Positions 1 through 12,362 of a stretch of DNA of 50,977 nucleotides are shown here, piece by piece. Source of the DNA: Klebsormidium nitens. Taxonomy: Eukaryota; Plantae; Klebsormidiophyceae. Location of the stretch: positions 317,506-368,482 of the forward strand of contig DF236971.1 in assembly GCA_000708835.1 (NCBI GenBank), written 5' to 3'. Within the stretch, counting starts at the first letter, position 1. Each line of letters starts with the position of its first letter. The notes beneath the pieces are model-generated. The model saw only the letters and a list, made by a program, of their open reading frames with translations, was not told where the DNA came from and did no database searches. The translations under genes were made by a program, and so were the position numbers.

Positions 1-302
1 CCACCTTAAGGCGGGAACGAATCGAAGCGACGCAGTAGATCCGTTGACAAGGCTACGTTCCTTGCATCTTGCCGCGCATTAGATTCGCCGAAGCTTGACC
101 GGACAAAGAGCAGAACGGAACGGAAGCCACTTTATTCGCCTCTTTTACCATCCTCTTGCGCGCCTCCAAGCGGTTGCAGGTTTAAAAGTTTTAGGGCCAC
201 ATCTAGTCACGGGTCAACAGAAGGGGACATGGTTTTGGATACGAACGGGGAAGCGAAACGAAACAAAGCCCAGCGGAATGAAGTGAAAAGGAATGGTCTC
301 AT

Positions 303-673
303 CTCGCCCGCGGCTTTGATCGCCCGCATGCGCACCTCTGGATCCCACTTGTCCCAACTAAAGTTCACCGGGCCCAGCACCGGTGACATAGCTTTCGGAA
401 CGGATCAAACAGACCGGAATCGAGCGGAACGGAACGCTCTCACCTCGCCCGCGGCTTCGATCGCCCGGATCCGAGCGTCCAGCTCGTTCCCGTTCCAGCT
501 GACGGTCACCGGGCTTAGCACCGGTCACATACTAGTGAAAGCGGAACGGAACAAAGCGGACCGGAATCGAGTGGAACGGAACGCTCTCACCTCCCCCGCG
601 GCTTCAATCGCCCGGATGCGCGCGTCCAGCTCGTCCCCGTCCCAGCTGACGTTCACCGGGCTCAGCACCGGCT
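303..673 (-). repeat. Three tandem copies (147 and 141 bp period) of the coding end PVLSPVNVSWDGDELDARIRAIEAAGE plus donor and a TTCCG-rich tail
   Basis: Copies end at 591, 444 and 303. Copies 1 and 2 are followed by GTGAGA; in copy 3 the donor is mutated to ATGAGA. Confidence 0.9.
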
Positions 674-3600
674 TCTTCCTTCTCGCTGACGCCATTCCCC
701 GGGGTCTCGCAACCGGGCTGCTGCTCGCGCCAAAAGCACCCGGTTTCTCCTCCTTCCGGGCACTCGCATTCATGACCGACTGCATGAGGCCCGCCAGTCC
801 GGGGGCCGACTCGCTCAGGGGGTTCCTCAAGCGGCCGGGAGTGCGGGTCAGGACGGAGACCGGGGAAGCGACCCGGGTTTGGGTAAGACGGGGAGAGCCG
901 CCGCGGCCAGGGGCTGCGCGAAGGACGAAACAAAGAATTTGTGGGTATGCAAATTATGATGCTGACAGAAAGTTCCTTCGCAGAAAAAGCTCAAAGAAGA
1001 AGCCATTAATTAGGGAGACGGAAAGCAAAAAGTATGACTGAAATGTTGTGAAGAGAATGTTAAAAACAAGTAATAACATAGGCAGCTGTGCAGAGTTCCG
1101 CCTCGCTGCAGCACTGCATCCATCAGACGGCACTGACTTCGTGAAGATACGCAGCGAGAACCATGCCAACGATAGCAAAACTTATTACAGCATCCCGTCA
1201 GGAGATGCACTTTTCAAGCCACGACACACTTCCTTCCGGACGCCCTTGCCTGGCACTTTTCCCTCCTGCACCGACCACGAAATCATTACAATATTACTAT
1301 GTTTTCAAAGAAAACATGATTGGCCGTCTGTGCGACGGCAAGGGCTTGCCTCTTCCTCAATTTCAACCGCTATCAACGGTTGTGACTAGCAATTGGCATC
1401 GAATGGCGAATGTTTTTCCTACGGTGCGGATGTCCTAGTCGTGAAAGCAGCCAACCGAGCAAGTGCGAAATTTCGACGTCGTATCGCGCACATGCACGAA
1501 GGCCAACTTTGAGACTTGCACCATGCACCGCTCGGACCAAATTGTTCGATTCGTAAGGTGTAACTGCGCCGCACGCGGGACCCCAGTCCAAAAAATGTCG
1601 CACCGTTATGCGGACAAAAAATCGGCTTGTACCGTACGTTTTATCGTCGAGCCAAGCCAACCCAAGCACCTCAAGCAGGTCATTTTGCGGGCCCCGCGCC
1701 GCGGCGTCGTACAGCGGCCGAAATCGCAATTCCTATGGTTTCTCTCTTCCTAAGAGGAAGAGGCAAGCCAGTATAGAGAGACTGACATAAATTTGGTCCG
1801 AAATGAGACGTGTCTTTTTACCGCAGATTGTTTCCGATCAAGAGTAGCAACCCCCGCTCACCCAGGTAGCTCCACAGGTCCTCCGCCGAGTGCCGCGTCG
1901 GCGTCCTCCTCCCCGAGGGGCCGCGCGGCAGGCTCGCCGGTGAGGTACGCTTCCTCCCCCCGAACCGCGCCACACACGCGTCCCACTGCGCGTCCATTTC
2001 GCCTTTTCCGGCCTCATCTTCAAATTGGCTCTCCAACGTTTGCCGCGGTTCCGCGACCGGAGTCTGGGGGCTTACGAACGGCGGAATTGCTAGGGAGAGG
2101 ACCGGATCCGGGGTTTTGGGGGAGGGTTTGCGGCCGGAGCCGCGGCCGCCGCGCGCTGGCGAGGCCCTCGGTGTGAACCCGCCCGCTGACAGGGCCTCCG
2201 TGAGAAGGGCGTCAGCGTTCTGCGCAACCGGGGCCCGGTCAACTCCGAACGCACTCACTGCTGAACTGACGTCATCACCGCCGCCGCAAACGTCATCGTT
2301 GCGGATGCTGACGTCAGCACCAACGGAAGAGTCCGTCGACACCGACGCTGCGTCTTCGTCAAATGTGCCCTGGGTCTTGCCACCTGTTTCCTTTCCCTCG
2401 GTTTCTTCTTCCGGGCTCTGCTCCGTCTCTTCGGTGAGACACGCTCTCCCTGTGCCGGCTGCCGGTTCAGTTCCCCTTTCCGTTCGCGGTTTGTTTCCGC
2501 CAGCCTTACTGAGCGGGGTGCCGAACCAGGCCTCCTCCCACGCCGCACTCACCGGACTTTTTACCCCAGGAGACGGAACCGGACTGAATGCTTTCTCCTC
2601 TCGTGCTTTCAGAACCGTAACCATGTCTCTCGAGTCTTTAGCTGACAGTCCGCACTTTGAATCGTCGGTATCGAGAAGCGAAGTTTCGATCACCGACGAA
2701 GAGACCGCCTCATTTTGCAGCCCACCGTCAGCCCCTTCCGCTTCCGCTTTCCCCCGTCCCGCTCGGTCAGGCTCGCTCATTACCCGTTCTCCGTCATGCG
2801 AGTCGTCTGTGTCCTGCGGCGAACCGGCCCCCGGTTGGCTTCCCGCTTCGTTTCCTTTCTCCCCCGCTTCTAGTTGCTCCATCTCTTCCGGCCCACCGCT
2901 CGGTTGCTCTTCCTTCTGGCCGGTTCGGACTCCCGTCTGCTCGTCCTCTCTCTCCTGCTCGAGTCCCGGTTGCTTCTCCCCGTCCTTTTCTTCCTCATTC
3001 TCTCCACTCACCGTTCTTTTCACGCCCTGTTCTTCCTCTTTCTTTCCACTTTCAACTATATCTTCCGTCCCCTTTTCCGCCCCACCCTCCGCTTGCTCCA
3101 GCTCGTCCCCTGGTTGCTTCGTCTGCTCCCCGGGGATATCTACCGGGCACTCAAGCCGCCCGGCCACAATACTCTTCGGGACGGGGCTGGGCTGCAGTTT
3201 CACGGGGCTGTCTAGCAGTGCCTCGACGGCAGCCTGGCGCGCGCGCATCCTGGCGAAGAGGCCCGGATTTCCGCCGCTGACCGCCGCCGGAACGGGCGCT
3301 TTCTCAGGCGGGGGGATCCTTTCCCGTTCAGTGCCCGCTGTCCCGCCGCTGGTCGCCTCTCCAAGCGGAGGGATCCCTTCCGGTTCGCTGGGCTTTTCCG
3401 GTCTGGCCGTCGGCTTCTCCGGTTCAGCAACGGCCGGAACCTCGTGACTTGACGCATCTGGCGCCCCCTGGTTGATAGAAATTGGGCTCTCTTGACTGGG
3501 GACAGCTGGCAACTGCTCAGTGGGCACATCCGGCATGCCCTGATCCGGAACGACGGACGCCTCCTGAACGGAACGACGCTCACTGATGGAAGCCACCCCC

Positions 3601-6600
3601 TGAGAAGGCGTTTCCGGGGTTGGCGACTCCGGGGCTTCGACCGATATCGCCCGGAGCTCCGGAACCGGAACCGCCTGCACCTCCTTGGCGGAAGTCGACC
3701 CCCCCTCTGTGGACACGCTCAGCTCCCTCTGATTAGAAACGCCCGAATCCTGCTGATTGACAGCGGCCAGCTTCGTCGGACGAGAACCGTTTTCCCCAGA
3801 AGTAGCCCCCGCGTTTTGGTCAAAAGCTGCCCCAACGGCCGGCTCGGTTTTCGTTACTGCCTCCTCGGCTAACCCGTGACCAGAACCCGCCGGTTCTCGA
3901 TCACAGAAAACGGAAACGGTCACAGCCTGATCCGCTAGCCCCTGACCAGAATCCGCCGCCGGCTCCCCGTCACAAGAACCGGCTTCCGCAACTAGAGCAG
4001 GAACAGTCGTTGTGCTCGGGATCACACCGGGCTGTTCCACCTGCTCGGGATTTTCTACCGGGCTCTTTACCATCGGAGGTACCGACGGCTGGTCGGTTTT
4101 CCCGGAGTAGGTCTGCGGCTCAGTTCCTGGCTCGGGAAGCGACTCGGTTTGTTCCGCCGGGCACTCTTCCGTTGGCTCCGGCTCAGTCACCGAGCACTCT
4201 GCCAACGGAGTGACCGACGGCTGCTCGCTTTCCTTGGAGTAGCTCTGCGACTCGATTACTGCCTCGGCAAGGGAGTCGGTTCCATCCCCCGGGCTCTCTT
4301 CTATTGGCTGCTGGTCCGGCTTGATCACGGACGGCTCACTGGCCCCCAGGGAGTAGCTTCGGAACCGGTCGGAAATCACTCCGGTTTCTTCCCCCAGTGA
4401 CTGCTCACTTCCCGACAGCTCTTTCTGAACTTCGTCCTTTTTCCTCTCAAGCCTGGAACCCTCCTTATCGAATCCGCTTTCTTCAAGGCCGTCTTCCGTT
4501 CCGTTTTCCATTCCGCCCGCTTGACACACCGGAAGTCCGCTCTCTGGACCGACCGGCGCTTCCTCCCCCACAATTCGGTTTTCCGAACCGTCAGACATCC
4601 CCCCCATAGCACCGGCTGGACTTTCGTCAATCGAAGTGACCGGAGTTCCGTCCTCCACAGTGGCCGGAACCCCGCCAGCCAAGGTGACCGGAATTCTATC
4701 CTCCACACCGGCCGGAGCGGACCCCTCGTCTTCCACTTCCCTGTGCACCCGAGCGGCCTTGCCCAGCTTGCTTGCGAACAGGGCCCTAGCCACCGGCGAC
4801 CTGGGCCGCCGATTCTCACCCTCGCGGTCGCCCTCCTGCGCCTCTGGTGTGAACAGGCCCCTAGCTGGGGAGTAGATCGTGGGCAGGTTGGGCTTTTTGC
4901 TGAACCGCCGAGTGTGAGAACACGAGTCGGGGGGCAATTGGAGGGACGGGAATGAGACGCTGCCAGCCGGTTCCTCGTCGGAAGCTTCCGAGAAACTGTT
5001 GGGAGCTTCTGAGGGAGTGTTCGCTTTGCGTTCGCTTGCTGTCGGGGGAGATCGGGGGGTCCGGTTCACCGAGCACGGGACCGGAGCTTTCGGGATCGTT
5101 TCCTTAGCAACGAGATCTCTCCCGGCGGGGCTGTCGCGTGCGGGGGCGGGTTCTGCAAACGAGGACTCCGACGAAGGACACGTGTCTTCGGGTTCTGTGG
5201 GTGGTGCATCCCGCTTGTCGTCACCTGGTACAAAGAAAGACGAGTTGTCAGAAAGTGGGAACCGTTTTTGCTGAGCTCTGCGGCTATCCTGGAAGTCTTA
5301 CTGGTCCTTTCGGCAGCCAAGTACACACAGTTCCTCTGACAAAAACACTCGTCTTCAAGAATACGAATTGTAAATTAGGGTGCCGAGCTCGCGTACGCGA
5401 TTACCTTTGAGTCAGATGGAAAACAGGATTGCGTGGTGAGTTATCAACGTAAGCAGCTGCTCAGACACAACGCATTTCCAAGCGTCATCAAAGCAAGCTC
5501 ACTTCGCGATCTGAGAAGAGAGAGACGAAGGAAGAGACGGAAGCGAATGGTTCAAGACCCTAACGCAGACTTGAAGACTAAGTTAGAGAGGGCGTTGCGG
5601 ATTCGGCGCATTCTCTCTGCAAAAAGATAAACGAGTGCGTGATCGCGTTTCCACACCTTCAAGATCTTCGCATTAGCAAGGACGAAAAGCACTCTCATGG
5701 CATTGACCCTGTTGAAGAGCTTACTTGATCTGTTGTCAAGACCAAGACTACTTACTTGATGAGAGGCTGCCTTTCGCCGCCTTCTCCCTGTCTGTAGAGA
5801 TACCAGCCGGGCACTTTAGAGTTGTGTCCATTTTGGGGAAGCCTTCCGAGGGGCTCGGAGACGGTTCTGGGGTCTTTGAGTTCCTCGGGGACAGCGGCAG
5901 GGGCACCACGCAAGCCGCCCGGATCAACGCGGCAGCCCCGCTGGAAGGCGGGCGCAAAAGCGAGCGGCTCGGCGGCATGGGAAGCTTCGAAACGCCGGCC
6001 GAAGTAGACTGCGTGGCACCAGGTGGCGCCTCCGGAGCTTCCGAGGTGCCACGTGGCCGCAGGGGCCCGGATTTGGAGGGTTTCGGCGAGCCCGGGAGCG
6101 GAGCCGCGCACGCCGCAGCGACGAGCGCGGAGTCGATGACCGACGGGCGGGGCAGTGCTGACGTCACCTTCAGGGCAGCAACTGAGGTGCCACGTGGCAG
6201 CAGAGGCACGGGGTTGGAATGTTTGGGCGAGCCCGGGAGCGGAGCCGCGCATGCAGCGGCGACGAGCGCGGGGTCGATGACCGACGGGCGGGGCAGTGCT
6301 GACGTCACGCCCGGGGCCTTCGCGCCGGGGGGCTTGAGGCGCGACGTCCCGAGGGAGGGGATCCTGCTCAGGCCCCCGCTCGCAGCCGCCAGCTTGCTCA
6401 AGAAAGCGTTCGCGATCGGGGGATCCCCCTGGGGAGCCGTCTTTGTGACGTCAGCGCCATTTTGGGGCGTTCGTGCTGTTTCCCCCGTGCTGGAAGCAGT
6501 GACCGGTTTGTCGGCCGACCGGCGGAGGCGAGACGAGGCCGGGGAGGAAACGCCGGGGAGCCTGCGGGCGCCCAGCCTTTTCGCGGGGGACGGGGACGCC

Positions 6601-9600
6601 ACGTCTAGTTTGCCGGCCGGGGACGAGGGGAGGGGAACGACGCACGCAGCCTGGATGGCGGACGTACTGAACGCGCCGGGCTTGAGCGTCCGGGACTGTC
6701 CGGTTGCGGAGGGCTTTCGCAGGAGTGATTGGTAGCGGGGAAGCGCACTTTGGGAACTGTCAGAGCTTTGGGGCTTTAGGGCAGGTTTTGTGGTCGCCGG
6801 AACGGGTGATGGTTTTGCGCTTGCGCCGTCGGCAGCTCCAACGGTCGCGCCCCTCCGCAGGGAAGGGACCTTTAGCGCTTCCGTCGCCGAATGTGCACCG
6901 GTGCCTGCGCCCCCGGAAGCTCTAGAGTGCCGGGCAGGGGATGCGACCGGCGCGGAACCTATGGCGCTTTTCTGGGCGGGCGATTGCAGCGTGGCGGTTG
7001 TGGGTGCTTGGAAAAAATCACGCTTGGCCGTGGGCTTTTTCAAAAAGGACGGGCGCACACCGGGAGCCAAAGCGCTCGGGGCTGTCTCTTCCGTCTGAAC
7101 GGTTCCGTTTCCGTTTCCGCTGTCTTTCAGCGAACCCCGGGCCCGACTGTGGGCCGACCCTGCCGGCTGCGGAATGCTGCCGCGTGGCAGCGCTCCAGTG
7201 GTTGATCGCGTTTGTGGGCGGCGGAGCCCCGATGCCGTGTGTCCCTCAACCGGACCGGCCAGTTCCGCTGCTGCCCGCGTTCCGTCGTTCCGTTCTGTCC
7301 CCGGAGTTCTTACCGACTCCCCGCCGTCCGGGTTTATATGCTCTCCCGGTGTCTGCGAGCGCTCATCTCTCGGTGACTTGCGCTCTACCGTCGACGCCTC
7401 GAGCTCCGCCTTCAGCGCGTCGCGCTCCTTCTGGGTCGCCGCCAGCTGAGCCTGTAGCGCCTCGAACAAACCCAACTCTTGAGGGCCCATACCCTGCTCG
7501 GAACCGGGTTTCCCGGCGCTCGAACCCGGTTTCTCGGTACCTGAGCCCTCGCCTTCCGTCTCCAAAGACTTCTTTACAGCGTCCGTTACTGTCTTCGCTT
7601 GTACCGACTCCTTACTAGTTGACCCGCTCATCTTATTCTTCGGCGACTTTTCCGGGCGAGGGCTTTGGTTGCTGGGCTTTGACGCGGGTTCGGGGGTCTT
7701 GGGTTTGGACCGCGGGGGCGGGAGGGGGTTTGGGTTGTACCGGCCAGGGAGGCGCAGCCGCGTGCCGTGCTGGATGGCGGTCTCGATGGCGACAGCTGTC
7801 GACGTGGGCCGGTGGAGGCCCGCCAGCCTGCGGCGCCGCTCGCCCTGTCAATCAAAACTCGTCTTTTCAGGTGCTGAGGTTACTAAAACCTATTTGATGT
7901 CTCGAGAGCTGTTTGAGGGTAACTTTTGTTCGAGGATGCGTCGCTGAATTGTGTACTCATTCTGCTCCCGCTGCAGCTGCTGTAAATGATTCCTTGAAAG
8001 TAACCGTCGTGTTAGACATTCCTCGTTTGTGGCCAAGATTCAAAGTAGTTGAGCAAAGTGAACCCGGGCTTCGGTCCAGATAGGCCGACTCAGGAAAAGA
8101 ACAGTACGAAGCTGACCGACGGGCTGTGTACCAATTTACAACAGGTCCACGGCACAACGAACGGCAAAAGTACCCTAAAATTCCGAGATAGATCCGTGAG
8201 ACAATTCGCAGGGCAGAGCCCCATGAGGATGCAACCTCAGAAAGTAAAGCAAAACCCTGCGCATGTCAAAACGTCTGGCATCTGAAGCTTTGAATAATTG
8301 GCAATCACGTGACACCTGGCAAATTTAGACTGCGCAAGCTTCCAAGAAGAGTAGAAGGGCTGACCTTAGTCGGCGTGTGTTTGACCGGGGTCGAGGTCTT
8401 CTCGATGACGTGCCCAACAAGCCCTCCTGCAGGCATTATTTCACTGAGTCGGACCGTGCTTTAGCATCGAACTTCTTAGAAGCTCAGGAGGCGAGATCAT
8501 TAAGATGCAGTGAACAATGATTCGCCAATACTCATGCATTTTGCCTTTTGGGTTACTCAAATGCTTCGGCGCAAATCTTCTGGCTGGACGTATCCGTCCG
8601 CTCCGAGTCTCGGGAATGATAGCGCCGCTGACAGGCCAGCAACGCCTTTTCCTCGGGATACTTGTGCAACTAAAAGACGAGTTACTCTGCCGGAATCTCA
8701 GCGTAGGTAAGCATTGGATAGCAGCCTCTCAATCAGCAGCGGCGCTTTCGTCTTGCACTCCTGCCAGCTGTCACCACTAGGCCAAACTGGTGTCAGCTGT
8801 CATCAATAGGCCAAAAGCCCGCCAGAAATCTCACCTCCCAAACTGCTCTGCAGTCTGGCGCCCATTCCTCCTCCGCTTTCGGCCTCGTCTTCAGGAGCAG
8901 TCCAGGCAAGCGAGGACGTCGAGGCTTCGGTGTTCAGGGACTCGACGGAGGAGTACACGCTCTGCGATACTTGGTCCGAAGAACGGGCCACCCGGGCTTC
9001 GCTGGACTGCGCCACGTTTTCTATATCAAGCACACCTGCAAAAGGAGACTGAAGTGCATTACAAGCTTGCGAGGCATGCGAAGGACAAGGTCTCAACGGG
9101 GCTTTGCGAACCAAAGAGATGGAAAGGGTATATAGGAAGGCCTGAAGTGATGGCAGCCAATGCAACCAGTTAACAAAGCTCGTTTGTTCTCAAGAAGGGC
9201 TCCGAAAATCTTCTGTTCTCAAGAAACACATAGGAAAACCTTGATGTGAGGCAAATGAAGGTTGGGCGCCACGGATCGTGTCAGAGCCAGGATGCAAGAT
9301 ATTCGAATCTGACTCCCTTTCTCTAACACGTAATGACAGTGACAGGTGTCAAGACCAAGTATCGCCCCAACGAAACACCTGTCCCAGATTTCAGCACAGC
9401 GATGCTCAGAAGCACCTTTCAAAGAAAATTTAGCGACAAACTCCATCGGTTTGTCAAGGTCCAAACCCGTTTGGATAAATGGCAAAGCCTCTCGACACAA
9501 GGCCTTTCCGCATAGCCTTGTGGCACAGCTCTTACCTTCCCCCGATCGGAAGGCCGTGTCCCAAGCCATGCTTGACCGGTTGACTTTCTGGCGGCTGCGG

Positions 9601-12362
9601 CTCATACTGTTAGTACAGCTGTCGCTCGACTCCTGCAATTCCATGCCCTTTCTCGGGCTCTTTTTCCGGGTAGGCAGCACGGGCGACTCGGCCAAGGGCA
9701 GATCGTCGGTCAGGAGCGCTCCTGCAATTGACGGATTGGCTTTTGATTCTTTCGTGATGGGCTAAGTGGTTCTGGAAGAGACGATCGGTGGTTTGTGGGC
9801 AATCTAGGAGAAGGGCTTATCAGAACAAGTCTAACGCCTGCTGACAACGCTTGACTGGATCTATCCTGCTCTTCCTCACCTTGGGGGTGGGGATATTTCA
9901 GACGGCCCGACACAGTAAAACCACAATCTCAGCAGCTGATAGCTGTCAGTAACGACCACTTTATTGATACACTTCTCGTGCTGATCAAAAGCAAAGTCGT
10001 GCCTCCTGCTTCGAAGGCCCAGAAGGACAGACCACCAAGAAGCTATTGAGATCCGTACTGGGGCTGGAACACCAAACGCTCTCTCCCATCACTCCCCACG
10101 CATGATCTCCTATGACCCTCATCTTCAGGGACCTGCGCGTTTTTCATGACCTCCCCACCCGCAGCAGGATTGACATTTATCTAGAGTCCAGATGCATCCA
10201 GGTTTGTTTTTCATCAGAAAACAGCAGGCATGTGATCAAAACGTACAATATTCACCAGCAAAAACCCTCATGCAAATACTTCCCTTGACCTGCATATGTA
10301 ATCTTATCAGATTTACGCCCTCCCCCCTTTAACTTTAGAGGCAGGGGACCTGATCGTTTCTAAGCAGGCAAAGGCTTTTCACGATTGAAGGAGGCTCATT
10401 CTCAACCTTTGCAGAAAACCTCAAAGCAGAAAACATTGGTCTCTTTCCTAGCCCGAGAGGGTATCCGCATGAAAATCCCACCTTGGTTCTCCTCCTGGAA
10501 GGCCCTGTTCCAGGCCATGCTCTCCTGCACCGCCTCCTTCCTCCTCTTCCCCCCACTCTGCTGCTGCACTGGAGACGGCTCCGCATCCGGGATCGGCGTG
10601 TTGTTCTGTAGCTCCGCAAAGGGCGTGGGATCTGGAGTGCGGGCCCGCAAGGGGGGCCGCGCTTCTGTATCCTGGAAGCTCTTGCGCGTGGGGACGTCGA
10701 TAGCCGTTGGACGCTTGGTGGTCCGGGGGGGTGCCGGAGGCTCGGGCGCAAGCGGGGGGTCCAAGGGATCTCGGAGGAAAAGAGCGTCTGGCAGGAGATT
10801 ATATGGGAAAGTTGACGATTGTTGATGATGGGGAATGGAGGATAGTTGATGCATGTTGTGTCGTATGTTGCCGTTGGTGAAATGGAAGAAGAAAGAACGA
10901 AGAGCAGGGAGTTCTCTGCAGATGGCTAGAGTGGCTAATGGTGACAGGTTGCATGAAACATACGAGCCACGCTCCTTTTGGTGCAAGAGAACTGGTTCAT
11001 GGCTTTACAAGATAACTCTCTTCAGACAGCCTTTTGCGCAAAAGCTGCTTTCAGAAGCTGGTAGCGCCCACGATGAGAACCGGCACAAAAGCGTTTGCTC
11101 AAGGAGAAAGTACATAAGGAAACCCGCTATTTGCTTATTAAAGTATGAATTTTGACCAGACAAGTGGATCTGGTCAGGCCCTCGTGTATGCTTGCTAAGC
11201 AAGCGAGGCATTTGTATATTAGCAAACCCTTTGGAAAGTTGCTCGCTGAGTAAGCTAATGATGCTGAAATCAGCAGAAGAACAAGCAGCACCCAATCAAA
11301 GTTCGCACTTCCGAAGCAATATGCTAGCAAAGCCATTGGCATGCTCGCTGTTCAAGGAAGGCTGAAAGGGGGTGGGAAACACTGCTTTGAGGCCTATCAG
11401 GCAGGATGAAGAAACCCACCTTCAGTTTCTTCAAAGGTAAACAATCAAAGCACTAGCAAAGTGCATGTGCAATTACAAGCAGAGACAAAGCAGATCGCGG
11501 GCAGTCCCTTGCCCATACCACCATTTAAAATAGGTTCAACTGCATTGCTGATTACGACATAAGCAGAACGGGAAAATTTTTCTACGTGTGCTCACCCTCA
11601 TCGACTTGGAAAGCCTGGTCCCATGCCATGCTGCTACGCATCTTGTTCCGCCTCCTCTTTGTCTTGGTCTCTACAGGCGACTCATCTTTCTTATGGACTT
11701 GCATCGGTGCTGCAATATGGAGTTGCCAAGCTCAGGTCTCGGAAACCCTTCATTGTTGTTAAGCAGAAGAGAGTACCTGAGAACTTTCAAACAAGGCAGT
11801 TTTGGTAGGTTTCAGGGATCGGAACTGGGAGCCGGTTCCTCACGACAGGGCCAGATTGTGTTGGGGATGGGCATGCAGATGACCAAGTTGGAGCTGGCCG
11901 CATGTGGTGCCAAGATTGCCCTCTTTTAGTCTTGATTGAGGTCTAAACCAACTTTCGTCAACAGCTGTCAATCAGCAGCCAGTGCTCTGCTTGCAGCTCG
12001 GCAGGTTTAAAACCCCGACACTCTCCAGGCATTGCAATGTGCCCTATTGGAAGTGAACTCTGATGCCTTCAGCAGCACACACATGCTTCCATATTAAGCT
12101 GACGGAAGCAAAGCCCAACTCCAGAGGGTCCTTGCATTTGCACACCGCACCAAGTCAACACAGCAGACTGCATGAGATGCTCACCTTCAACACTGGGTTT
12201 CGGAGGGGAGGCCTTGAAGATCTCGGTGTCAAGATCAGAGTCCATCAGAAACCCATCTCCCTTGAGCAACATCGACTCAGCAGGCTGGTCTAGGTCGATC
12301 AGATCGCCATCCACAAGCAACCCGGACACAGAGAACCTTCTAGAAGTGCCCCTGCCCGCCAT
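525..12362 (-). CDS. Large (~2,250 aa) mostly disordered Ser/Pro/Glu-rich protein with two N-terminal S-M-A-W-x-x-A-F...G-[AV]-L motifs; function unknown, resembles plant uncharacterised SLAWD-motif proteins
   Basis: Hand-built exons 12362-12185, 10787-10482, 9721-9536, 9035-8835, 8426-8365, 7844-5756, 5224-1862, 913-525. All have GT/AG boundaries with matching phases, and the total of 6774 nt is divisible by 3. Motifs QESMAWNRAFQEENQG and RSSMAWDTAFRSGEGVLD. The 3' end is uncertain: a donor at 590 could splice onward instead of reading through to TGA at 525-527. The family resemblance is from memory, not a search. Confidence 0.7.
1323..1763. repeat. Dispersed ~440-bp repeat, copy 1 (intronic in the large gene); probable non-autonomous TE
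   Basis: Collinear blocks shared with 43407-43837: GCCGTCTGTGyGACGGCAA..GCTTGCCTCTT, ACATGCACGAA, an exact 18-mer AACTGCGCCGCACGCGGG (1562-1579), TTTTATCGTCGA, CGTACAGCG, GGAAGAGG. Confidence 0.85.
6040..6310 (-). repeat. Two-copy ~141-bp coding tandem repeat (VTSALPRPSVIDxALVAAACAAPLPGSPK)
   Basis: Visible in DNA and in the translation of ORF 5748..7631; related AACVVPLP motifs occur near 5900 and 6640. Confidence 0.85.

Noticed and set aside
229-6735. Long + strand ORFs (229..1041, 2116..3447, 5725..6735) as genes
   Set aside because: Antisense shadows of GC-rich minus-strand exons of the large gene; no domain signature or independent splice logic.
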